Origin: a virus
DNA length: 64,000 nucleotides
Reading direction: 5' to 3' (one strand)
IMG/VR virus record: IMGVR_UViG_3300037071_003688
Of the stretch, positions 1-9,307 are shown in pieces. Below the pieces are notes generated by a model. That model had not been told where the DNA came from. It saw nothing but the letters and a program-made list of their open reading frames with translations, and did no database searches. The position numbers were made by a program, and so were the translations under genes. Numbering within the stretch: the stretch's first letter is position 1; every line of letters begins with the position of its first letter.

Positions 1-1023
1 GACGACATGGGCATGTCGGACAGCGACGTGGAACTCCTCAAGGACCGCGTCGTGGAGCGCAAGCGCGCCCTGTTCCAGTACCTCCTCGACAAGCGCCACG
101 GCCGCGACAACCCGCGCGGCCTCGACCGGCTCGGCAAGATCTCGGCCCGCAAGGACGCGATCAAGGCCGCGGCCGAGGGCGGCGAGTTGGACGTGACGAC
201 GGGCATGACGTGGGAGACCGCGTTGTCGCTCGGCGGCTCGAACGCGGAGACGTGGCAGAAGGTCATCCCGCAGATGGGCTACATGGCTCTGCTGCGCAAC
301 CTGCGCAACTTCGAGGACGCCAAGCTGCCCGCCAACGTCCTCATGCAGGTCGCGTCGACGCTGGCCGACCCCGAGCAGGTCGCCAAGTCGCGCCAGTTCC
401 CGTTCCGGTTCCTGTCGGCGTGGTCGGCGTCCGGCTCGATGATGTGGGGTCAGGCGCTCGAACTCGCGCTCGAAGCGTCGTGCGCCAACATCCCCGAGTT
501 CCCGGGCAAGACGCTGATCATGGTCGACGTGTCGGGTTCGATGGACGGCAAGATGTCGGCCAAGTCGACGGTGTCGCGCAAGGTCGCCGGTGCCGTATTC
601 GGCGCGGCCGTGATGAAGCGGTCGGCTCCCGGCTCGAAGCTCGGCGTGTACGCCACGCTGTGCGCCGTGCAGGACAAGCCACGCTCGGTCCTGCGCACCG
701 CCGAGGAGATCGGCAAGCTGTCGGGCGTCGGCGGTCACGGCACGAACACGTGGCCATCGACGTGGATGCTGTGGCAGGAGTACGGCCCATTCGACCGGAT
801 CCTCATCTTCACCGACGAGCAGCACCACCCATCGCACATCACGGCCGGTTCGTTCCCCAAGGACGTCCCGATCTACGTGTGGTGCCTGGGCGGCTACCGT
901 CCGGCGTCGCTCGACCTCGGCACGGGCCGCTACCTGCTCGCCGGTCTCAACGACCAGTGCTTCAAGCTGATCAAGATCCTCGAAGCCGGGTCCGAGGGAC
1001 GCTGGCCGTGGGAGGTCGACTGA
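1..1023 (+). CDS. TROVE/Ro60-like RNA-binding protein, C-terminal part (TROVE + vWA); 5' end lies outside the window
   Basis: TWETALS, MALLRNLRN and SRQFPFRFLSA are TROVE motifs, followed by the vWA MIDAS motif DVSGSM...GT...FTDEQ; frame is open from position 1. Confidence 0.9.
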   Translation, partial: DDMGMSDSDVELLKDRVVERKRALFQYLLDKRHGRDNPRGLDRLGKISARKDAIKAAAEGGELDVTTGMTWETALSLGGSNAETWQKVIPQMGYMALLRNLRNFEDAKLPANVLMQVASTLADPEQVAKSRQFPFRFLSAWSASGSMMWGQALELALEASCANIPEFPGKTLIMVDVSGSMDGKMSAKSTVSRKVAGAVFGAAVMKRSAPGSKLGVYATLCAVQDKPRSVLRTAEEIGKLSGVGGHGTNTWPSTWMLWQEYGPFDRILIFTDEQHHPSHITAGSFPKDVPIYVWCLGGYRPASLDLGTGRYLLAGLNDQCFKLIKILEAGSEGRWPWEVD

Positions 1024-1026
1024 GCC

Positions 1027-1353
1027 GTGGCTCAGTTCGCGATTCCGAGTCGGGACCGCGAGACCATCTACATCGAAGGTGAACTCCTCGGCGAAGCCTC
1101 ATCGAGGGAACCAGGCAAACCTCGATGGGGCGAGTACCGGCTATTCCGGCTGACTCTCGGCGGGGGCTACGTCCTCGCCGGGGTCGGCCGCTCCTCGATC
1201 GCGGGCGAGGTCGACCGACCGTGGTTCAAGCCCTGCGAGACAGAGGATGCTGTCGTGCGCGCGTTGCTGTACGAGAGACGCCCGGGTGTGTGGGTGCTGC
1301 CACCATCCGGGCGTCTGCTATTGGAACGGGCCGGGCTGTCAGCGCCCGACTAG
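1027..1353 (+). CDS. hypothetical protein
   Basis: ORF directly follows the TROVE gene; plausible protein composition. Confidence 0.6.
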   Translation: MAQFAIPSRDRETIYIEGELLGEASSREPGKPRWGEYRLFRLTLGGGYVLAGVGRSSIAGEVDRPWFKPCETEDAVVRALLYERRPGVWVLPPSGRLLLERAGLSAPD

Positions 1354-1354
1354 G

Positions 1355-1573
1355 TCACGGCACGGTCACCGTGAAGCGTGTGCCATCGGCCGACTCGGTG
1401 ATCTCGCCGGGCGAGCACCAGCCGAAGTCGTAGCCGAACCCGGCCATCTCGACGGCGCGAGCCGCCGCAACCTTCGACGCCTTCTCGGCGTCGGCGAGGT
1501 TGTCGTAGGTGTACCAGCCGACCTTGCAGCCGGACCGACGCTCGATCGGCGTCGGGTACTTGGGCATCTCCAT
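1355..1573 (-). CDS. small hypothetical protein
   Basis: GGAAGGAAACCGCCACG-ATG ribosome-binding motif on the minus strand; GC3-rich codons. Confidence 0.7.
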   Translation of the reverse strand: MEMPKYPTPIERRSGCKVGWYTYDNLADAEKASKVAAARAVEMAGFGYDFGWCSPGEITESADGTRFTVTVP

Positions 1574-1632
1574 CGTGGCGGTTTCCTTCCCGTGGGAGGC
1601 GTCTCCTCCCACATCAACATCGTAACACGGGT

Positions 1633-1672
1633 GTCAAGTCTGTTGACAAACCGTGGACGATCTGCGCATAAT
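1633..1672 (+). promoter_or_regulatory. repeated sigma-70-like promoter
   Basis: GTCAA-N5-TTGACA-N18-CATAAT. Confidence 0.85.
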
Positions 1673-1682
1673 GATGGTGGAC

Positions 1683-1904
1683 ATGGAAACCACCACCAAC
1701 TACATCACCGTCTTCCCGGCGACGAACAATCGGCGGGGCTGGATGGTCGCCACCCGCGACGGCGCGAACATCCGCCACGTCCGTTTGGAGACGGCTTCGA
1801 TCCACGACCCCGAGGCCGCACGAGCCGAGGCAGCCAAGCTGTTCCCCGGCAAGGCGATCTACATGGCCGGTGACACGGTCAAGCCGTGGGAGGCGGCTGC
1901 TTGA
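1683..1904 (+). CDS. small hypothetical early protein
   Basis: ATG GAA ACC ACC start just downstream of the promoter. Confidence 0.75.
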   Translation: METTTNYITVFPATNNRRGWMVATRDGANIRHVRLETASIHDPEAARAEAAKLFPGKAIYMAGDTVKPWEAAA

Positions 1905-2140
1905 TGCCACGAACCCTCACCGCCCGCTACACCGGGACCTGCCGCCGCTGCGACGGCCCGATCACCCCGGGCGACACCATCCTGTTCCTCGGCAAGCGCA
2001 ACACCGTCCACGAGAACTGCGCCGAGCGGGCCGAGTCGGGCGTGATCGAGATCTACTTCCCCTCGACCGGCAACCGGATCACCCGCAACCGGCGGGGCAC
2101 CTGCGAAGACGCCCCGGCGTGTGGATGCTGCACCTTCTAA
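1904..2140 (+). CDS. small Cys-rich hypothetical protein
   Basis: CxxC...HxxC...CxDxPxCGCC; coupled by a TGATG overlap. Confidence 0.75.
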   Translation: MPRTLTARYTGTCRRCDGPITPGDTILFLGKRNTVHENCAERAESGVIEIYFPSTGNRITRNRRGTCEDAPACGCCTF

Positions 2141-2535
2141 CGAGCGAGGTACGCCGCAGCCCGAGCAACGATCTCCGGATCATCGTGCCAGATCCCGATC
2201 GCTCGATTGCACAGTCGACAGAGCAGCCCGCGCACCCTCCCCGTCGCGTGGTTGTGGTCAACGCCGAGGCGGAACCGGCTCGACGGATCGAGGTCGCCCG
2301 GTGCCAGGCAGATCGCGCAGCACCCGCCCTGAGCGGCAACCATCGCGTCGTAGTCGGCCTGTGTCAGCCCGTAGCGCCGCAGCTTGATGTCGCGCCGGAC
2401 GCGCTGTGCCTGCTCGGGATGCGCACGGCTGTGTTCCCGGCGTTTCTCGTGCTCGCACGCCTTGCACTGCTTCGAGCGCCTGCTGGCGTAGAACTCCGTC
2501 GATGGCTTGTCGGCGCCGCATTCCGAGCAGATCAT
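2137..2535 (-). CDS. endonuclease VII-family (HNH-like) endonuclease
   Basis: YGLT..DY..M...Q.G.CAIC...VDHNH.TG.VRGLLC..CN..IG signature. Confidence 0.9.
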   Translation of the reverse strand: MICSECGADKPSTEFYASRRSKQCKACEHEKRREHSRAHPEQAQRVRRDIKLRRYGLTQADYDAMVAAQGGCCAICLAPGDLDPSSRFRLGVDHNHATGRVRGLLCRLCNRAIGIWHDDPEIVARAAAYLAR

Positions 2536-2562
2536 GCGACCATGCTACAGCCGTAGGTGCTG

Positions 2563-2602
2563 GTCAACTCTGTTGACAAACCGTGGACATTCTGCGCATA
2601 AT
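2563..2602 (+). promoter_or_regulatory. repeated sigma-70-like promoter
   Basis: GTCAA-N5-TTGACA-N18-CATAAT, near-identical to the copy at 1633. Confidence 0.85.
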
Positions 2603-2641
2603 AATGGTGTGAGGGAAGGTCCCTCCGCTGAAAGGATCCGG

Positions 2642-2824
2642 ATGTTGAGCAACTGGGGCGCCTACCCCGTCGAGCGGTTGAGACCGGACAGCGAGACCTG
2701 GGAGAGGGGCACGTGCTACCTCGGCTCGTGGGCCGACACCCTCCTACGAGCCGCCTACGAGCGTGGCGAGGACGAAGCGGTCACCGCCGATGGCTGGCGG
2801 TACAGGTACGCCTACGACAGATGA
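2642..2824 (+). CDS. small hypothetical protein
   Basis: GAAAGGA RBS, downstream of promoter. Confidence 0.6.
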   Translation: MLSNWGAYPVERLRPDSETWERGTCYLGSWADTLLRAAYERGEDEAVTADGWRYRYAYDR

Positions 2825-2834
2825 AAGGAACCAC

Positions 2835-3176
2835 ATGACAGACTTCGACCGAATCGCCGAGGCTTTCGCTGATGAGTTCGGCCGCACTCCACCGATGCAT
2901 TGGGAGGTCTGCGGCGCCTGTAGCGGCCGGGGCATCATGACGTTGAAGCGGCTGGCGATCTCGTCCGAGGACTTCGACGCCGACCCGGACTTCCGGGAGG
3001 ATTACTTCAACGGGGTGTACGACGAGCCGTGCGACGAGTGCCGGGGCCGCACCACCGTCTCGGTGATAGACGAGAGCCGCCTGACGACCGCGGAGGTCGC
3101 CTGGGTCGAGGAGTGGTGGGCCGACGAGCGGGACTACGCAGCGTTGGTCGCGATGGAACGCCGGATGGGTTGCTGA
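2835..3176 (+). CDS. hypothetical protein with two CxxCxG zinc-knuckle motifs
   Basis: GAAAGGAACCAC RBS; CGACSGRG and CDECRGR. Confidence 0.75.
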   Translation: MTDFDRIAEAFADEFGRTPPMHWEVCGACSGRGIMTLKRLAISSEDFDADPDFREDYFNGVYDEPCDECRGRTTVSVIDESRLTTAEVAWVEEWWADERDYAALVAMERRMGC

Positions 3177-3493
3177 TGACCACCATCGGCTACACGAACT
3201 ACACGAACCTCGATGCCTACTTCGGGCGGGGCTACCGACGCGGCGACCGGCTCGTCAAGGGCTACAGCGGCGAGATCGAGATCAGCGACTTGGAGTACGA
3301 CCTGGAAGCGATCTTCGCTCGCCACAACCGTGACGACCGCCCAGACGGCAGGCTTTGCCCGTCGATGTCGGTCGGCGATGTAATCATCCTCGGCGAGGGT
3401 GCCTTCACCGTCGAGAGCGAGGGGTTCAGCCCGATCAACCTCGACCTGCGAGATCTGATCACCGACCGCACATGGAGCGAGGTCGACCGATGA
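3176..3493 (+). CDS. YodL-like domain protein
   Basis: LEAIFARHN..DRP.....SMSVGDVI resembles the YodL family motif. Confidence 0.6.
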   Translation: MTTIGYTNYTNLDAYFGRGYRRGDRLVKGYSGEIEISDLEYDLEAIFARHNRDDRPDGRLCPSMSVGDVIILGEGAFTVESEGFSPINLDLRDLITDRTWSEVDR

Positions 3494-3702
3494 GCGCCGC
3501 CTGGATCGTTATCGGCTGGCCCGACGCCCACGACCGGCGCACCATCAGGAACCGGCGCACCGGCGAACTGATCGGCTACATCCGCTCGACACCGGACCCG
3601 GTCCGTTACTTCGCCGAAGATCGCAACGGCTTCCCGATCGAGGGGACGTTCTACACCCGCCACAACGCGCTCGACGCGCTGATCGAATCGACACGGCGAT
3701 GA
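3490..3702 (+). CDS. small hypothetical protein
   Basis: ATGA-coupled ORF. Confidence 0.65.
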   Translation: MSAAWIVIGWPDAHDRRTIRNRRTGELIGYIRSTPDPVRYFAEDRNGFPIEGTFYTRHNALDALIESTRR

Positions 3703-3902
3703 TCTTCGAGGTCGACCATGAGCGCGACGGCTACTCCGTCGAGATCTACACCGAGCCGGACGCCAACGGCATGATGGACTTCCTCGGTCGGATCGACCTG
3801 TTCTCGGGCTGGCTGTACTTGGAGGATGGCCGCGAGTTCGAGATCCCGCACGCCCTCGTCGGGCGAGACGCCATCCGGGCGTGGGCCACCGCCAAACTGT
3901 GA
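3699..3902 (+). CDS. small hypothetical protein
   Basis: ATGA-coupled ORF. Confidence 0.65.
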   Translation: MIFEVDHERDGYSVEIYTEPDANGMMDFLGRIDLFSGWLYLEDGREFEIPHALVGRDAIRAWATAKL

Positions 3903-3938
3903 AATGTGTTGACAAACCCGGGACGACCTGGGCATAAT
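3899..3938 (+). promoter_or_regulatory. repeated sigma-70-like promoter
   Basis: TTGACA(3909)-N18-CATAAT. Confidence 0.85.
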
Positions 3939-3948
3939 GTAGTTGGAC

Positions 3949-5220
3949 ATGGAAACCACCACGATGACCACCAACCTGAGCTTCACTCCCATCGAGTCGA
4001 CGCTCACCGGCGTGAGCATCCACCTCGCCGACTACCTGAACGTCAAGCTCGCCAAGATCAACAAGCGGCTCGCCAAGATCGGCGCTCCCGCCGCCACGTT
4101 GACGTTCGGCCCGGAAGTCGAGCGCACCGAGACCGACGAGTTCACCGGTTTCAAGCGCACCTTCCGCGAGTTCGAGTTCGTCACGGTCACCGGCTTCGAG
4201 GCCAAGTTCGCCGGTTGGACCGGCGTCGCCGTCCTCGACTGGCGGCTCGACCCGCACGAGGCATTGGTCGCCAAGTTCCCCGGCGAGGAAGACACCGCCG
4301 TTAGCGAGGTGTTCGTCCGGGAGGGCGCCTGGTGCGACCACTGCAACAAGATCCGCTCCCGCAACACCACGGTCCTGTTCCGCCACGAGGACGGCACCGA
4401 GATGCGGGTCGGCACTTCCTGCATCCTCGACTTCATCGGAGTCGACCCCTCCAACGTCACGTGGCTCGCCACCCCGATGTTCGGCGGCGCCGACGACGAG
4501 GAGGAGTTCCGGACCGGCGGTGGCCGCTTCGAGGTCTCGCCCGCCGAGTTCCTCGCCGCAGCCGCCGAGGCGACTCGCCTGTTCGGGTTCGTCAAGTCCC
4601 GCCCCGACACCGCATACGACACGCCGACCCGGTCGCACGCCGCGACGCTCTGCTACCGCCGCCTCAACGACTACGAGAAGAAACTGTACGCCGAGGTTGA
4701 CCACGGCCGGGGCGCCGCCGAGGCCGACAAGATCCTCGCCTGGGTCGATGAGGTCAACGACTTCTCCGACTTCATGCGCTCCGCCAAGCTCGCCTGCCGG
4801 GCCGATCGGGTCATCGACCGCACCGAGGGTCTGCTGGCGGCGCTGCCCTTCTCCTACATGAAGGCGATGGGCAAGCTCGCCGAGCGCAAGGCAGCCGCCG
4901 CCGCCAAGCCCACCGACTTCCTCGGAACGGTCGGCGAGAAGCTGACGGTCGAGGGCACCGTGACCTTCAAGATGGCGATGGAGCCTTACGCCTACAACGG
5001 GCCGACGCCCTATCGACTGACCATCGTCACCGACGACGGCTACACGCTCACGACGAAGGGTTCCGGCAACACCCTCTGGGAGGCCGAGGTTGGCGACCGG
5101 ATCACCTGGACCGGCAAGGTCATCGAGCTTGAGGATCACGAGAAGTGGGGCAAGCGGACCGAGTGCCGGATGGTCAAGATCAAGATCCTCGTCCCCGCCG
5201 CCGAGGCCACCGACGAATGA
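3949..5220 (+). CDS. phage protein with a CxHC zinc motif and a probable C-terminal OB fold (nucleic-acid binding)
   Basis: CDHC...R.R...VGTSC..DFIG; C-terminal FLGTVGEKL...TGKV beta-rich segment; strong codon bias. Confidence 0.75.
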   Translation: METTTMTTNLSFTPIESTLTGVSIHLADYLNVKLAKINKRLAKIGAPAATLTFGPEVERTETDEFTGFKRTFREFEFVTVTGFEAKFAGWTGVAVLDWRLDPHEALVAKFPGEEDTAVSEVFVREGAWCDHCNKIRSRNTTVLFRHEDGTEMRVGTSCILDFIGVDPSNVTWLATPMFGGADDEEEFRTGGGRFEVSPAEFLAAAAEATRLFGFVKSRPDTAYDTPTRSHAATLCYRRLNDYEKKLYAEVDHGRGAAEADKILAWVDEVNDFSDFMRSAKLACRADRVIDRTEGLLAALPFSYMKAMGKLAERKAAAAAKPTDFLGTVGEKLTVEGTVTFKMAMEPYAYNGPTPYRLTIVTDDGYTLTTKGSGNTLWEAEVGDRITWTGKVIELEDHEKWGKRTECRMVKIKILVPAAEATDE

Positions 5221-5234
5221 GAAAGGAAACCACC

Positions 5235-5519
5235 ATGACGACCGACGCCTGGACCGAAGCCCACCGCTTCCCGTTCAACACCGACGAGAACTGGTCCGAA
5301 ACCGAGGAAGGTCTGCTCACCATCCACGACATGAACCCGGGTCTGATCGCCCCCGGGATCGCCGCCCGAGTGATCTACGAACTGCGCCTCGACGTCGCCC
5401 GCCTCAACAGCGAGGCCATCGAGGTCACCGCCAAGTACCGGAGGGAACTCGCCCTCCGCCTGGCAGCCGAAACCGAACTGGCGCTGATCAAGACCGCCCT
5501 GCGAGACCTCACCGCATGA
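5235..5519 (+). CDS. hypothetical protein
   Basis: GAAAGGAAACCACC-ATG. Confidence 0.7.
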   Translation: MTTDAWTEAHRFPFNTDENWSETEEGLLTIHDMNPGLIAPGIAARVIYELRLDVARLNSEAIEVTAKYRRELALRLAAETELALIKTALRDLTA

Positions 5520-5536
5520 GAAAGGAAACCACCACG

Positions 5537-5764
5537 ATGACCTGGAACTACCGCAAGTACGGCGGGCTGGTCACCTACACCACCGACATCAACACCTTCG
5601 CTTGTGTTGTCGAAGGCTGGGATGACGGACCGTGGAAGTGGTACGTCTACGAAGATCCGATGACCCACCACTACGGCGGGACGCCCGAGTCGGCCGGTGA
5701 GGAAGCCACCATCAAGGAAGCGATGGCCGCGGCCGAGAGCTACGCCACGGCGGTGACACGATGA
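5537..5764 (+). CDS. hypothetical protein
   Basis: GAAAGGAAACCACCACG-ATG. Confidence 0.7.
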   Translation: MTWNYRKYGGLVTYTTDINTFACVVEGWDDGPWKWYVYEDPMTHHYGGTPESAGEEATIKEAMAAAESYATAVTR

Positions 5765-5949
5765 GCGGCGAGATCACGATCACGATCGTGCCCGACTCCC
5801 CGTGCCCCGACTGCGGCGCCGCCTGGGGTCACCCGGACAAGGCGCTTGACTTCCCGAACCGCCCGAAGGTCGGCGACGCCGATGGGACCTGGTGGTGGAA
5901 GTGCTACAACCCCGCCTGCGCCCGGGACTACTACCTGCCGCTGCTCTAA
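5761..5949 (+). CDS. small zinc-ribbon protein
   Basis: CPDCG...CYNPAC; coupled start. Confidence 0.65.
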   Translation: MSGEITITIVPDSPCPDCGAAWGHPDKALDFPNRPKVGDADGTWWWKCYNPACARDYYLPLL

Positions 5950-5965
5950 CCGAAAGGAAACCACC

Positions 5966-6136
5966 ATGACCACCCACCGACTCGTGATCCTGAGCTACGA
6001 GGATCCCACCTACCGCCACGTGATCGCCGAACGCGAGACCGAGGCGAGCCTGGCCCGCATCTCGGCCGGGGTCAACATCAACCTCAACCACGACGAGTTC
6101 TTCACCGAGATCGAGGAGGTCGACGGCGATGAGTGA
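5966..6136 (+). CDS. small hypothetical protein
   Basis: GAAAGGAAACCACC-ATG. Confidence 0.7.
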   Translation: MTTHRLVILSYEDPTYRHVIAERETEASLARISAGVNINLNHDEFFTEIEEVDGDE

Positions 6137-6347
6137 CACCCGCTGCCTGGAAGCCGGGCCGGACTGCCGGGGCCGGGTCGAGATGTGGACGACGGACGGC
6201 CTGCGCTACTGGCCGCGCTGCGACTTCCACGGCGAACGCCGCTTGGAGCGGTACGAGAACTCGCTCGAACGCTACGCCGATAGCCCGCTGGCGCCCGACT
6301 GGTTCGATCCGACCATCGCCGGTGAACGCTGGGACGACGACTACTGA
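6129..6347 (+). CDS. small hypothetical protein (C-terminal PDWFDP..AGERWDDDY)
   Basis: coupled ORF with Cys/His motif. Confidence 0.7.
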   Translation: MSDTRCLEAGPDCRGRVEMWTTDGLRYWPRCDFHGERRLERYENSLERYADSPLAPDWFDPTIAGERWDDDY

Positions 6348-6360
6348 TGCTCAAGACTCC

Positions 6361-6399
6361 GTCAACAGAGTTGCCAACCTCGGACCATCGAGGTAAGGT
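6361..6399 (+). promoter_or_regulatory. repeated promoter variant
   Basis: GTCAA-N5-TTGCCA-N17-TAAGGT. Confidence 0.6.
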
Positions 6400-6420
6400 T
6401 AAGTGCAAGAGAGGAGAGGA

Positions 6421-6618
6421 ATGACCACGACATACACCCGCCGCTACTTCCTCGAAATACGCGGCTCCCCCGAGGTGGAAGTCACCGAGGCCGAGTTCGT
6501 CGCGGCTGAACGAGCGAACGGCATCAACCCCAGCTACGGCGAGGATCCGGACCGGCCCGTCACCGGCGGCTTCGGCAATGCTCGCATCCGTGCCCGCACG
6601 GAGACCATCTACAACTAG
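6421..6618 (+). CDS. small hypothetical protein
   Basis: GAGGAGAGGA RBS. Confidence 0.65.
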   Translation: MTTTYTRRYFLEIRGSPEVEVTEAEFVAAERANGINPSYGEDPDRPVTGGFGNARIRARTETIYN

Positions 6619-6634
6619 GAAAGGAAACCACCAC

Positions 6635-6988
6635 ATGGACACACTCGGATTCGGACTGCGCAACGCAGTCCCCAACACCGCCGAAGCGGCATGGGGCGCA
6701 CGCTTCATCATCTACGCCGATGGCGGAGTCGACTTCGTTCCCAACCGGACCGACGTCGTCGGCACCACTGAGAGCAAGGCGGCACTGCTCGCACTGCTCA
6801 ACGAGAAGCTGCCGAAGCGGGCACTGATCGACATCATCAGCGCCAAGATCAAGGCGTACGAGATCTCGACACGAGAACCCAACGAGGTCGTCCTGTTCGA
6901 CGCTGACGGACTCAAGGTCGTCGGCAACTCGAACGGCTCGCACGGCTACTTCTACGTCGCCGCCTTCCCCACCGCGAGCGTCGCATGA
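6635..6988 (+). CDS. hypothetical protein
   Basis: GAAAGGAAACCACCAC-ATG; SNGSHGYFYV motif. Confidence 0.75.
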   Translation: MDTLGFGLRNAVPNTAEAAWGARFIIYADGGVDFVPNRTDVVGTTESKAALLALLNEKLPKRALIDIISAKIKAYEISTREPNEVVLFDADGLKVVGNSNGSHGYFYVAAFPTASVA

Positions 6989-7257
6989 GCGCACTCCCTG
7001 TCGCACTTGACGACGGCCGATCGACCGTGGCACTGCGGATCCTGTCACACCGTGCCCGCAGGAACCTGACCCGGCTCGTGCCCGACCTGGACAACTGGTG
7101 CTCGATGCGCGACGGCCACGTGTTCCTCATGGCCAGCGACGATCTCGACGCCGCGCTGGACGCCATGCCGCGCTACTGCCGGGGTTCGATCCGGCCGCTC
7201 AAGCGCCTCCCATCCGGTGACGGTTGGGGCCGGGCATGGCGATCGGTGACGACATGA
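6985..7257 (+). CDS. hypothetical protein
   Basis: coupled ORF. Confidence 0.55.
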   Translation: MSALPVALDDGRSTVALRILSHRARRNLTRLVPDLDNWCSMRDGHVFLMASDDLDAALDAMPRYCRGSIRPLKRLPSGDGWGRAWRSVTT

Positions 7258-7436
7258 GGCTCAAGCCGTTCGCGGTGACGCTGACCTACTTCGTCGGCAA
7301 CATGGGCACGTCGTCCACCATCGACGTGTGGACGGCGACGGCGAAGGCGGCGCGCGAGTGCGGCGAGTCGTACGCCCGCGAGGAAGGCATCCCCGACGCC
7401 ACGATCACGGTCACCCCGCACCGTGAATACTCTTGA
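7254..7436 (+). CDS. small hypothetical protein
   Basis: coupled ORF. Confidence 0.6.
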   Translation: MRLKPFAVTLTYFVGNMGTSSTIDVWTATAKAARECGESYAREEGIPDATITVTPHREYS

Positions 7437-7462
7437 CAACCCTAGTCCGGATGGGAGATAAT
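7423..7462 (+). promoter_or_regulatory. repeated sigma-70-like promoter
   Basis: TTGACA(7433)-N18-GATAAT; near-identical to the copies at 42059 and 43662. Confidence 0.8.
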
Positions 7463-7468
7463 ACAGAC

Positions 7469-7687
7469 GTGACAGAAACCACCACCATCTACCGGATCGC
7501 GGAGGGCACCGAGACCGCGGACGGCGTCAAGCCCGTCTGCGTGATGTTCGCACTCTGCGACAACGACGCCACCTTGCTGATCCCCCACCCGGTCCTCGAC
7601 TGGGTGTTCTCGTGCGAACGCTGCGCCCGCAAGCTGGGCTACGACGTCAACGACAACCTGCTCACCGCCGACGTCAGCTTCGACTGA
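7469..7687 (+). CDS. small Cys-containing hypothetical protein (probably leaderless)
   Basis: GTG 6 nt after the -10 box; C..FALC...HP......SCERC. Confidence 0.65.
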   Translation: MTETTTIYRIAEGTETADGVKPVCVMFALCDNDATLLIPHPVLDWVFSCERCARKLGYDVNDNLLTADVSFD

Positions 7688-7699
7688 AAGGAAGCCACC

Positions 7700-8023
7700 A
7701 TGACCACCTCCACCCCCGCCGACATCAACCGGCTCGCCACCCTGCTCGAACGAATCGAGATCCTCGCCAACAAGATCGACATGCCATTCGAGACCGACGT
7801 CGGAGCGAAGTACATCCGAGTGGTCGACACGAGCTACAGCCGCTCGGTCCACGCCTTCGTTGATCGCGAGACCGGCGACCTGTTGAAGGCTGGCGGCTGG
7901 AAAGCCCCCGCCAAGCGTAAGGGCGGCCCGGCGACTGTCGGCAGCCTGCTCAACGACGACGACTTCGCCACCATCCTCGCCCGCGCCGACCGCTACGGCG
8001 GCTACCTCTACAAGCGTCCCTGA
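7700..8023 (+). CDS. phage hypothetical protein
   Basis: KYIRV...SVHAFVD..TGDLLKA.GWKAPAK...YLY motif. Confidence 0.75.
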   Translation: MTTSTPADINRLATLLERIEILANKIDMPFETDVGAKYIRVVDTSYSRSVHAFVDRETGDLLKAGGWKAPAKRKGGPATVGSLLNDDDFATILARADRYGGYLYKRP

Positions 8024-8041
8024 CCGAAAGGAAACCACCAC

Positions 8042-8536
8042 ATGACCACCGACGATGACATGGTGTTCGACAGCCGATACGCGCTCTACGGGTACGCCAG
8101 GGCCGAGGCCGCTGACGCCCTCATTGACGAGTTCATCGCCACCCTCACCACCGAGGATCTCGACGGGATCCACAACGCTGTGAGCGATGAAGCCTGGGCG
8201 CTGGTCGACCGCTGCTCGACGTGGTGCGTCGCCCGCGGGATCGACATCAACGCCCTCGGGTTCTCCGACACGGCGTCGCGCGAGTGCTTCCTCGACGCCG
8301 CCTTCGAGCGCAACGCCGAGGCGCCGCTCACCGCGATCGAGGTGGCCGAGACGCTGATCAACGGCAACATCTCGACGGCGCGCGAAGCGATCGTGCTGAA
8401 CCACACCCCGCACGAGGTCGCCGTGTTCACCATCGACGTCGTGCTCGCCCTCGCCGAACTGAGCGGCGAGGCGGACGACGGAGGCGCCTTCGCCGAGGCG
8501 CTCGGGCGGGTCCGCAGGTGCGTGAACCGTGGCTGA
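8042..8536 (+). CDS. hypothetical protein
   Basis: GAAAGGAAACCACCAC-ATG; codon bias. Confidence 0.7.
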   Translation: MTTDDDMVFDSRYALYGYARAEAADALIDEFIATLTTEDLDGIHNAVSDEAWALVDRCSTWCVARGIDINALGFSDTASRECFLDAAFERNAEAPLTAIEVAETLINGNISTAREAIVLNHTPHEVAVFTIDVVLALAELSGEADDGGAFAEALGRVRRCVNRG

Positions 8537-8690
8537 GATCTGCGAGGCCACCGGCGGCGAGGCTTCCATCAGACGATGGCGATGCTGTTCGCGATGGGCG
8601 CGAGGCGCTCGGTCTCGTCAAGTGCCTGCTGCCCCGCGACATGTGGGACGCGCTCCCGGGCGGGGTCCCGTACTACGTCATCCTCGACAA

Positions 8691-8730
8691 GTCAACTCTC
8701 TTGACGAACCCGGGACGAGGCGAGTAGTGT
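8691..8730 (+). promoter_or_regulatory. repeated promoter variant
   Basis: GTCAA-N5-TTGACG-N18-TAGTGT. Confidence 0.7.
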
Positions 8731-8755
8731 TTCAAGAAATGAAAGGGAAACCACC

Positions 8756-8932
8756 ATGAAACTGATCCTCAAGATCCCTGACGGCGTCGACCCGGTGCTG
8801 GCGATGGAAATGACCATCGACCGGATGGAGGCGCTCTCCGATGTCGGTCACTCGCCTGCGCCCGGCCCATCCCGATTCGATCTCGACTTCGGCATCGACC
8901 ACGGCCTCGGCTGGTGGAAGATCGAACCATGA
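8756..8932 (+). CDS. small hypothetical protein (58 aa, not in the ORF track)
   Basis: GAAAGGGAAACCACC-ATG, reads MKLILKIPDGVDP..., stop overlaps the next ATG. Confidence 0.65.
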   Translation: MKLILKIPDGVDPVLAMEMTIDRMEALSDVGHSPAPGPSRFDLDFGIDHGLGWWKIEP

Positions 8933-9303
8933 GCGGCGTCGAACGCTTCGAGTACCCGCAGTCGCCCGGCGACTGCTACATCGAACTCGGCGAAGTGATC
9001 GGCGCCGGACTCGCCGACGACGACCGGCTGATCCTCGACGCTGACGGCGCCTCGAACTACATCGCCAACCTCATCAGCGGCTTCACCGGCGACGAGGTCG
9101 ACGGCGACGGCGACCCCTGGTCGATCGTCTGCGAACACCTCCACGGCCTGCTCCACAACCTGAGCGAGGCTCTGCACTACACGAACCCGGACGCGCCCTA
9201 CAGCGATCTGGGCGACGCTGGTGTTCTCGTCCGCGAGTACCTCCGCGACGAGTACGGCCTCGAAGTCAACCCACCCGCCAAGCCCACCCCGCAACAGGAG
9301 TAA
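8929..9303 (+). CDS. acidic hypothetical protein
   Basis: coupled ORF, codon bias. Confidence 0.7.
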   Translation: MSGVERFEYPQSPGDCYIELGEVIGAGLADDDRLILDADGASNYIANLISGFTGDEVDGDGDPWSIVCEHLHGLLHNLSEALHYTNPDAPYSDLGDAGVLVREYLRDEYGLEVNPPAKPTPQQE

Positions 9304-9307
9304 CCCA

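Noticed and set aside
3262-5139. Long minus-strand ORFs (also 22185-23552, 31321-32607, 59020-60654, 61647-62996)
   Set aside because: Antisense shadows of strongly GC3-biased plus-strand genes; no motifs or start signals.
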